Positions 10,701 to 19,421 of a stretch of 23,134 bases of DNA are shown here, piece by piece. The stretch's first letter is position 1; each line of letters starts with the position of its first letter. Source of the stretch: Octopus sinensis (lineage: Eukaryota); contig NW_021836897.1 in the NCBI RefSeq assembly GCF_006345805.1, forward strand, positions 1 to 23,134, in the 5' to 3' direction. The notes under the pieces were generated by a model. The model was not told the origin of the DNA. It worked only from the letters and a program-made list of their open reading frames with translations, and made no database searches. The position numbers were made by a program, and so were the translations under genes.

Positions 10701-11070
10701 AGAATTTGAAGTGAAAAGATTGCAGCCAACAATGAAACACGGCAGTTATTCTGTGATGGTCTGGGAAGCAATTTGGAGCAACGGTTGATCAGAGCTGATG
10801 GAATGTAAGGGAAACATAAGCTCAGATAAATACGTGTCCATATTGCAGAAAGGATTCCTTTCAATCTTCTCCAGTGGTAAAATGATAAAAGAAGTCTCTT
10901 TATTTATGGAACATGGGGCTCCTTGTCACTCGGCTAAAATGACTCAAGATTTGTTGGATGAGAATGGCATTAAAAAACTTCCATGGCCAAGCCAGTCACC
11001 AGATAAGAACCCTATTGAACACCTCTGGTGCATAATGGACAGGGCACTTCATAAAAAGAACAATAAAGCA
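10701..11070 (+). mobile_element. Internal fragment of the same Tc1 element as 3795-4964
   Basis: 10701-11063 matches 4351-4713 with 10 substitutions in 363 bp by manual count. It has no TIRs and contains ORF 10798-11085 (FMEHGAPCH...WPSQSPDKNPIEHLW). Confidence 0.95.
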
Positions 11071-11072
11071 TT

Positions 11073-11170
11073 GGGTAAGATTTGAACCCGTGATGTAAAA
11101 TAAGCGAAGGCGAACGTTAACAGTGCAATGAAGAATATTGTCTGACGTTGTTGCTGATTCTTCCAAAAGC
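11073..11170 (-). mobile_element. Highly degenerate head of family-B SINE
   Basis: GGTAAGATTTGAACCCG resembles GGAATTTGAACTCAG (15261) and GGCAAGATTTGAACTCGG (12924), i.e. a reverse-strand B box. Confidence 0.35.
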
Positions 11171-11554
11171 CAAAAAACTAACTGCAACAACAACAACATA
11201 TTGTCTTTGTCGAAAATCAATAGATATTGTAATAAGAGAAACTGGTCAAGGACGGGAGTTCGCTGGCGCTACGAAGGCAATATTTGTACACATACACACA
11301 CATATACATGCACGGATACATAATATACACAAGCAGATATATAGAAGCACGCACGTACACGTGCACGTATATATGTGTGTGTATATAATGGCTTACTTAA
11401 AGCTACATCTAGTGTCTCAAGTACTGTAAGTTAAACATACAGCCGTTTGATTGACATTAGAAAATCCATAGAAAATCTCCTGAGAAAAGACAAAAAGATA
11501 AACAAAAACGGCGAACAAAGCAAAACAAATGATATTGCTGCGTGACAGACGGGG

Positions 11555-12095
11555 AAGAATAAGAAGAGGAAGGAGAAGAAGGAGGAGAAGGGGAAGAAGA
11601 AGAAGGAGAAGGAGAAGAAGAAGAGATAGTAGAAGGAGAAGAAGAAGAAGAAGAAGAAGAAGAAGAAGAAGAAGAAGAGAGATAGTAGAAGGAGAAGAAG
11701 AAGAAGAAGGAGAAGGAGAAGAAGAAGAAGAAGAAGGAGAAGGAGAAGAAGAGATAGTAGAAGGAGAAGAAGAAGAAGGAGAAGGAGAAAGAGAAGGAGA
11801 AGGAGAAAAAGGAGTAGAAGAAGAAAAAGAAGGAGGAGGAGGAGGAGGAGGAGAAGGAGAAGGAGAAGAAGATGGCGAAGAAGAAGAAGGAGAGAAAGGA
11901 GAAGGAGGAGAGGAAGGAGAAGGAGGAGTAGAAGAAGAAGAAGAGGAAGGAGAAGAAATAGAAGGAGAGGAAGGAGAAGAAGAAGAAGAAAGAGGAGGAG
12001 AAGGAGAAATAGGAGAAGAAGAAATAGAAGGAGAGGAAGAAGAAATAGGAGAAGAACAAGAACAACAACAGCAGCAACAACAAGAAGATAATAAG
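11555..12095. repeat. ~540-bp polypurine (GAA/GGA/GAG)n low-complexity tract
   Basis: Nearly pure A/G on the + strand, with a recurring AGAGATAGTAGAAGGAGAAGAAG block. It is the source of the Glu/Gly- and Ser/Pro-rich ORFs. Confidence 0.92.
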
Positions 12096-12454
12096 AACAA
12101 AATAAATAAGGACATAATAGAAGGGAAGCACGAAGAAGTAAAAGTACAGGAAGAGAAACCGACCAAACTCGGCAAATATGTCCGTATTGATGTGTGTTTG
12201 TGTATAATACGTATGTTTGTAGGAGTGGATATATATGTGTGTGTGTGTGTGTGTTTGTGTGTGTGTATGTTTCTCCCTCTCCCCCCCTCTCTTCCTTGTG
12301 CGTGTGTTTTGGCGTTTTTATTGGTTTCTTTAAAAACGCATTTCCCCCTTCTTGTTTATACTCGTTATATCAATAGGCAAACGCCACTTTCGCTTTTGAT
12401 GCCAAGAAGGCTTTGTTTTTGCGCGAAGAACCGTGTGCGTGTATAGAATACTTG

Positions 12455-12482
12455 CGTGTGTGTGTGTGTGTGTGTGTGTGAC

Positions 12483-12520
<38 letters not shown>
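12455..12520. repeat. (GT)n-(GA)n microsatellite
   Basis: Seen directly. Confidence 0.9.
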
Positions 12521-12524
<4 letters not shown>

Positions 12525-12653
12525 AAACATCTGGTCATGATGTTAGGATACAATAAACCGAAAATGCCAGCGCTGCAAACAGTTCTCTTTGATTACGGAT
12601 TATTACCGTCAGCCAAGAGGAATTTCTTGGCATACATCCCCCTACACACACAA

Positions 12654-12685
<32 letters not shown>

Positions 12686-12711
12686 GCACATATAATATAT
12701 ATACAACGGGC

Positions 12712-12810
12712 CCTTTGACTCATAAAGGCCGGTGAGCCGGTTTCCAAGGCGTATAAATGACCAACATCACGACATTGTCCCTGCACAAGACACGGGTCTG
12801 TTACAAGGTC
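12712..12810 (-). mobile_element. Possible degenerate SINE 3'-region fragment
   Basis: Minus strand GACCCGTGTCTTGTGCAGGG...GAAACCGGCTCACCGGCCTTTATGAGTC resembles a widespread metazoan SINE 3' segment, from recall only. Confidence 0.3.
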
Positions 12811-12844
12811 CAATAATGCCAGCAATTTTGATGGGATGAGACAA

Positions 12845-12993
12845 GTCCATTACATTAACCCCTTCTACTTGACTGGTGCTTTATTTGTTCGACCCTGATG
12901 GTATGAAAGATAAATTTGACCACGGCAAGATTTGAACTCGGAACGTAAAGAGCCGGCGGAAACGCTGCTTAGCATCTCGTCCGAGGTACTAAC
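12845..12993 (-). mobile_element. Degenerate family-B SINE
   Basis: Aligns by eye to 15180-15325 (CTGGTGCTTTATTTGTTCGACCC...ATGAAAG...GATTTGAACTCGGAACGTAAAG...GCTTAGCATCTCGTCCG). Confidence 0.7.
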
Positions 12994-13361
12994 AAGTGTC
13001 TTTTAGATAATCATTAACTCTATACTGGTAACATGGGTCTTTTTTCAAATGTTTTGGTTTCCTAGCAGCCCTCCATTCCACGTGAACGTGACGCGCTGTC
13101 GGTTCAGTTACCAGCCACTTGATAGCGCAACAGCTTTTATCGTACTCTGTATTGGCAATCGTTCAAATGAGCCAAGATCGCGACGCAGCTACAACATCAA
13201 GATGGTGGCGATGATCTTTAAGGGGTTCTGTAACCCTTAATGGTCCTAGAATTCTGCACAGGCGTTGAAGAATTCCTTTAGAATGACAATTCTATATACT
13301 GAAATATAGATTCTACATTCTGCCGTGTAGTACACCTCTTCAGTTGTATGGTCAGTCATGT

Positions 13362-13725
13362 GGAGGAACAATGGTCCAGTGGTTAGGGCAGCGAACTCGC
13401 GGTCGTAGGATCGCGGTTTCGATTCCCAGACCGCGCGTTGTGAGTGTTTATTGAGGGAAAACACCTAAAGCTACACGAGGCTACACGAACCCTGCTGTAC
13501 TCTTTCACCACAACTTTCTATCATTTTTTCTTCCTGTTTCTGTAGTACCTGTATTTCGAAGGGCCTGCCTTGTCACACTCTGTGTCACGCTGAATCTCCC
13601 CGAAAACTACATTAAGGTTGCACGTGTCTGTGGCGTGCTCAGCCACTTGAATGTTAATTTCATGAGCAGACTGTTCCGTTAATCGGATCAACTGGAACCA
13701 TCGTTGTCGTAACCGACGGAATGCC
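13362..13725 (+). mobile_element. tRNA-derived SINE (family A)
   Basis: Head GGAGGAACAATGGTCCAGTGGTTAGGGCAGCGAACTCGCGGTCGTAGGATCGCGGTTTCGATTCC. Collinear with the reverse complement of 9812-10197, with a short internal deletion after GAGGCT. Confidence 0.92.
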
Positions 13726-14255
13726 ACGATATGGTCAACCATAAGACATTTAACAGCTTAGAGAACTTACAGAGACCCTGTTGGAAGCATGATCACTGTA
13801 ATGCTCAGTGATGGTCATCTTTGGACATGTGAGAGGGAAATAATTTTTAGAGACTTTATGTCATGCGAGTGCGCGAGCCCGACTTATAATATATCTGTGT
13901 GTGACTATTTTCTGATTACATACCCCAGGCTTTTTGCACATTTCGTCTGCAAGTTATGAACATTACGGTTATTACGTAATTCCGAGCTTCCTGAAACAGC
14001 TGTCGAGTTAAGAAACTATGTATTATTTTCTTATCATTCTGTATTTTTATGCTCTAAGTTTAATATATTTGTGTATATATGTGTGTTTGTGTGTGCGTCC
14101 GCGCGTGCATGTGTGTATGCATATATGTATCTATCTTTATCTATGCTTATACATGTGTGTATCTGCGCGTGCGGATATGTATGTATGTATGTGTCAAGCC
14201 TATTTGTGTTTATCTGCAATAATAATAATAATAATAATAATAATGATAATAATAG

Positions 14256-14500
14256 AAAACCCCCATAATAATAAGTGCAATAGGTATGATTAAAAAACAT
14301 TCATGCATAACCAAAACTCAGGAACATACGAATGTATGTAACATACAGAAAATAGCACTGCTAGGCACCGCACACATCCTACGTAAAACACTTTCAATAC
14401 AGTAAATGTAAGAGCATCACAACAGACCACAGCACATACCCAAGGCACACAGAACTGCACTTGATAGTGCAGTGAAAGGTATGTGATAAAACTAAGACTA

Positions 14501-14560
<60 letters not shown>
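14256..14560 (+). mobile_element. 3' end of a Dong/R4-clade (restriction-like endonuclease) non-LTR retrotransposon with (AAT)19 tail
   Basis: Frame 14256-14405 reads KTPIIISAIGMIKKHSCITKTQEHTNVCNIQKIALLGTAHILRKTLSIQ*. The PII.GALG...QK.ALLGTA.ILRK.L pattern is the C-terminus of R4/Dong-type ORFs. It is followed by a ~100-bp 3' UTR and (AAT)n at 14504-14560, and preceded by (AAT)n. Confidence 0.75.
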
Positions 14561-14561
<1 letters not shown>

Positions 14562-15117
14562 CCCTGATGCAGTACCAGGCAATGGCTCTCTTGGCTTCTG
14601 ATCTTAACTGATTGGAAGTGTTAATCATGTACATTGTTTTGTCTTGGTATAAAAAGATGGGCTACAGCAAATATTCTGCTCAATACTACAGATTTGCTTG
14701 TCAGTTGTTTGTCCTTAACCAGTTGAGCATGTCCCTTAGTGGCTGACGATATGTGCATCTCTGATCACGAGCAGAAGTAGTGGGGGAGCATCATAGACAT
14801 GTGTTGAGAGGAATTCTTTGGGGTTTGGATAATTCACCTCTGGAAACATGGGTGTTTCGTTCATCATTCTTAAACAAACCTTATTCAGGGACCTTTTGAG
14901 TGGTATGGGCTACTCGACCAGAAGAAAAATTCTAACTGGGCCCCACCTGCAAGGTCATGTACTGTTTATCTTGATATGAGATCACCATGTCGTGCACATA
15001 TGGTTGTGATGCATGTGCCTGGTGTACCCTTATCAGACGAGTAGTCATGAAGGGTATACTGGGCTTCGTATATTTTACCCTAGAGTCACTTTGATGGCAT
15101 GCACTGCTCTCTCACTC
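14561..15117 (+). mobile_element. 557-bp non-coding interspersed element of unknown class bounded by (AAT)n on both sides
   Basis: It has sharp boundaries against (AAT)19 and (AAT)8, no convincing ORF, and stem-loops near both ends. I recall this sequence as recurrent in octopus assemblies (unverified). Strand is inferred from G-U wobble asymmetry. Confidence 0.6.
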
Positions 15118-15347
15118 AATAATAATAATAATAATAATAATCCTTTCTACTATAGGCACAAGCTCTGAAATAAGGGGCTAGTCAATTACATTGACTCCAG
15201 TGTTTCACTGGTACTTAATTTGTCAACCCCGAAAGGATGAAAGGCAAAGTCGACTTCGGTGGAATTTGAACTCAGAACATGAAGACAGACGAAAAGCGGC
15301 AAAGCATTTCGCCCGGCGTGCTAACGATTCTCTCAGCTCACCGCCTT
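15118..15347 (-). mobile_element. tRNA-derived SINE (family B) with (ATT)n tail
   Basis: Minus strand AAGGCGGTGAGCTGAGAGAATCGTTAGC...GAGTTCAAATTCC (B box)...GTCGACTTTGCCTTTCATCCTTTCGGGG...AAGTACCAG...GCCTATAGTAGAAAGGA(TTA)n. Confidence 0.88.
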
Positions 15348-16280
15348 GATGACTACATTATATTATATATACACATGTATGTATATACACCTAAATATAA
15401 ACGTATCAAAAACACAAATTAAAAAGCTAGAAACAAAGCGAACCACTGTGCTTGCCTAGTTTGTCGGTTCCTTCTGGCCAGTAGCAAACTATTCTACTGC
15501 TAAGTCCCTATTTCAGGAATAAATTCCTTCTCCAATCTCGGGGTCCCTGATAAGGGCCGTGAACGCCGCCATTCAGCATCTGATTAAGTCATGACAACAA
15601 AGTAGATGAAAATAGATTTACGTGTTTGAAATGTGGTCAATGGCAAAGCCAGTTTATCTAAATATGTTGAACAGAACAGAACAGACAGCCGCATCACGTG
15701 ATCTGTCGTAGGGGTTAAAAATGGCCGTTAACTCTGTAATCAATCACAAAATTGTTCATATATTTGTTTACCTTCTGGCACGAGTATTCACCTACTCAAT
15801 AGAGGTTTAGTAGAGAAGGCTGTTGGTGAGTAGGGAAGGAGGGCAACTCAGGTGCCAAAGTTAGGGTTTACCCCGGTCTCCCTCTTCCACCCCCTTATTA
15901 TTCATTTGTTTATCCATTTTTAATTTATTGTTTTTTCATTTTTGTTTTCTTTCGTTTAAAAACCTGTTTTATTGCCAAATATTGATTGACTAAAGTTCAT
16001 TTCAACTTAATGTTTCGACAAACACACACACACATATGTACATACATGTGTGTATGTACGTACGTATGTATGTACGTACGTACGTATGTATGTATGTATA
16101 CGAACTGTACAAACACCCATACCCACCACATTGCGGGGAATAACACAATTCAACGAGAGATTTATGGAAATTTTAATAAATCTAACAAATATTTTCATTG
16201 TTTGATGTGACTCGTAAATTTTCTTTTTCCTCGTATCTCGCTCCCATGTCTCTCGCAACCAAATTAAAACCAAAGAAAAA

Positions 16281-17540
16281 ACTATAACTCACTGTGGTAC
16301 CTACTTACAGCTAAGCAGACTGCACTGTCGACAGTTAAGTGTGCTAGTCATGGACACAGTACAGTGAACTATGCAAAAGTGTGGGACCTACATACGGCTA
16401 CGTAGACTGGGCTTTAGTCATTTGTGTTGGTCATGAACTTAGTACAGTGAACTATGCAACAGTGTGGGACCTACATACGGCTACGTAGACTGGGCTATAG
16501 TCATTTGTGTTGGTCATGAACTTAGTACAGTGAACTATGCAACAGTGTGGTACCTACATACGGCTAGGTAGACTGGGCTATCGTCATTTGTGTTGATCAT
16601 GACCTTAGTACAGTGAACTATACCACAATGTTGTATCTACATACAACTAGGTAGACTGGACTGTCGACAGTTAAGTGTGTTGGTCATGGATTCAATATAG
16701 TGAGCTATACCACGCTGTGGTACCTACTTACAGCTAAGTAGACTGGGCTGTTGACAGTTAAGTGTATGGGTCACAGACACAGCAAAATGTGCGAACGATT
16801 CTCCTTTACGGCAGCCAGTCATGGCCAATGAGGATGGAAGATATTAAGCGACTAGAATCCTTCGATCACCTCTGTCTACGCCGCATCCTTCGTGTCCGAT
16901 GGCATCACTTTGTCTCCAACAATTCGGTGCGACACCAGTGCAAAATCACCTCCCTCCGACAAGTCATCCTAACGAGACGTCTGCGTTGGCTGGGTCATGC
17001 TCTCCGTCATCAACCAGGAGAATTCATCTACGAAGCAATTGCCCCAGCTCCCCTTCAGGGTTGGCGAAAGCAGTGTGGTGGACAACGAAAAACCTGGCTG
17101 ATGACAGTCAAGGCTGATCTGGAACCCAACCTAGGCCCCCATATCTACGGCGTTCGCCGCTGGAATAAGGAGTGGTTGGAGATCACGCGGTCGTTAGCCT
17201 CAAATCGCCAGGCCTGGTCGGCGTTTGGGAGAGATGCAGCATTGAGGATGAATGAAGCCAGTGCAACCCACCCCGGGTGAATGCTGTAAGAAGAAGAAGA
17301 AAAATGAACCATACTACAATGTGGTACCTACTTACAGCTAGGTAGACTGGGCTGTTGACAGTTCAGTGTGTTGGTCAGGGACACAGTACAATAAACTATA
17401 TCATTGTGGTACCTACATACAGCTAAGTAGACTGCGCTGTTGACAGTTCAGTGTGTTGGCCATGGACACAGTAAAATGAGCTACACTACAGTGTGGTACC
17501 TACTTACAGCTAGGTAGACTGGGCTGTTGACAGTTAAGTA
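16281..17540 (+). repeat. 83-87 bp minisatellite array (~9 units), interrupted by an RTE insertion
   Basis: GTGG(T/G)ACCTAC-type unit starts at 16294, 16381, 16464, 16547, 16630, 16717, [insertion], 17321, 17406, 17493. Confidence 0.95.
16790..17300 (+). mobile_element. 5'-truncated RTE-clade LINE (ORF C-terminus), (AAG)n tail, 6-bp TSD AAAATG
   Basis: Open frame VRTILLYGSQSWPMRMEDIKRLESFDHLCLRRILRVRW...RRLRWLGHALR...GGQRKTW...NRQAW is the typical RTE post-RT region. Stop at 17278-17280, tail AAGAAGAAGAAGA, and AAAATG at 16784-16789 and 17301-17306. Confidence 0.93.
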
Positions 17541-17754
17541 CACAGTAAGATATGAACCTCAATACTTCGATTTATCGTCCAATATGTTATCAGTTCTGCA
17601 TTTCTCTGCTATCGAAGTTCGATCATTAACACGTTATAGAAAAAAAGATCAAATAAATATTTAAAAAAATACTTTAAAATAACTAAATAAATAAAGAATA
17701 CGTCTAAATGATTGATTTAATATTGGTTTATTAAAGGTTGTTGACGCGTTGGGT

Positions 17755-17755
17755 G

Positions 17756-17786
<31 letters not shown>

Positions 17787-18320
17787 CATGTGTACGTATG
17801 TATGTCTTTGTTCGAATGTGTATGAGTTTGTACTTGTGTGTGATTGGTATTGAATTTGTATGTAAGATTGTTTTTGTATGTGTGTGTGTGTGTGTCGGTG
17901 ATTTTTGTCATGACTGTGTGTAAGGAAAGTCTTGTGTTTGGTGTATACAGAGTGAAGTGGGGGGGTGAAAGAGAGAGAGAGAGAGAAGAAGAAAATTGAG
18001 TGAGAGGGAAACAGTCAGACGGAAAAGAAGAGAGAGAGGTAGAGCGAATGAGAGCAAGATAGAGAGTGAGAAGTAAAGAGAGAGAGAGAGAGAGAGAGAA
18101 ACAGAGATAGATAGACCTAAATATCGAGAGAGAGAGAGAGAGAGAGAGAGCTAGGTAGAGCGAGTGAGAGCATAAACAGAAGGAGAGAGAGAAACAGATA
18201 GAGGGAGAGAAACAGAGAGAGAGAGAGAAACAGAGAGACAGAAATAGACATAAATATCGAGAGAGAGAGAGAGACAGACAGACAGAGTGACAGAGAGACA
18301 GAGAGTAAGAGGAGGAGGCA
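17755..18320. repeat. (GT)n and (GA)n/(GACA)n microsatellites
   Basis: Seen directly. Confidence 0.88.
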
Positions 18321-18879
18321 GAGAGTGTCAGAAAGGTGAAAGTCTGCAATAATTCCAACCATTTATCACTTTGGTTTGTCTTGTGTTCTTCCTTATTTCT
18401 TCGTCAATGTTTTCAAATATTTTCTTATATTTTGCTTTTTTTTTCTTTATTATTTTCCGGTTTTATTTCATTTATTTCTATATACTTTGTTTCTATAATT
18501 GTTTTTCTTTGTTTTTGTTGGGTTTTTTGTTTTGTTTTTTCTTTTTTCTTTTTTTGGTTCCTTCTGTATTTTTTCTCTCCGCAGTTTCCAATTCCATCCG
18601 ACACCCTGCCTCTACCTTTCGAAGAAAAGAAATTGAACATTCCTTATCGAATTCTCCATTGATCTCTTCATTCTGTCTTCCCACTTGGCACCACTTCCAC
18701 ACTCCACTAAACTGCACCAATATTTCGGAATGTCATTGAATGGCGTTGTCTGAAGTTGAGATGTTCATGCTTTTCTCGGAGAAATTAGCTTCAGGAGCCA
18801 AATATAAGCAATTAGTAGCTTAGATTTAGATCGGGTTCTGTAGACAAGACTTAGATTGGTATTTGCATGCAAGTACTAT

Positions 18880-19274
18880 GCTGTAGTATAGAGTTCACTG
18901 TACTGTGTCCACAACCAACACACTTAACTGTCAACAGTCCAGTCTATCTAGCTGTAAGTAGATACCACACAGTGATATAGTTCGATGTACTGTGTCTATG
19001 ACCAACACACCTAATTGTCAACAGTCCAGTCTACCTAGCTGTAAGTAGGTACCACAGTGTGGTATAGTTCGCTGTACTCTCTCCATAGCCAACACAACTG
19101 TCGACAGTCCAGTCTATCTAGCTGTATGTAGGTACCACACAGTGGTATAGTTCGCTGTACTGTGTGCCCAACCAACACACTTAATTGTCGATAGTCCAGT
19201 CTACATAGCTGTAAGTAGATACCACACAGCTGTACTGTGTCCATGACTGGCACACTTAACTGTCGACAGTCCAG
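18880..19274 (-). repeat. Second array (~4.5 units) of the same 83-87 bp minisatellite, inverted orientation
   Basis: Reverse-complement units, with TACCAC ends at 18968, 19055, 19138 and 19225 (spacing 87, 83, 87). Confidence 0.95.
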
Positions 19275-19368
19275 TAGGAAAATAACTACCAGTGAAGAAC
19301 AGGGGTTCGTCTGATTGGCTTGACCTACTTCCTTGAAACCTACTGGTCCACTGCCTATCGTAGAAAGA

Positions 19369-19421
<53 letters not shown>

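Noticed and set aside
11529-12446. 305-aa Arg/Glu-rich ORF as a CDS
   Set aside because: It is driven by a GAA/GGA repeat, starts at a non-ATG codon and ends in (GT)n microsatellite; kept only as a low-interest finding.
13049-13240. ORF with a good NAGNAG acceptor (TTTCCTAG CAG)
   Set aside because: No recognisable protein motif and no convincing donor before the stop.
9812-13725. tRNA genes at the SINE heads, and ORFs 9863-10114, 13246-13464 and 13521-13742
   Set aside because: The heads have A/B boxes but no complete cloverleaf and run into SINE bodies; the ORFs are chance frames within SINE sequence.
15730-15832. Frame CNQSQNCSYICLPSG... ending at a TG|GTGAGT donor, superficially EGF-like
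   Set aside because: The remaining EGF cysteines are missing and there is no suitable acceptor in frame.
16762-17280. 172-aa ORF as a complete gene
   Set aside because: The first 9 codons come from the minisatellite and TSD; the rest is a truncated RTE C-terminus.
16281-19274. CRISPR-like array
   Set aside because: The context is eukaryotic, units are homologous along their full length with no unique spacers, and no cas genes are present.
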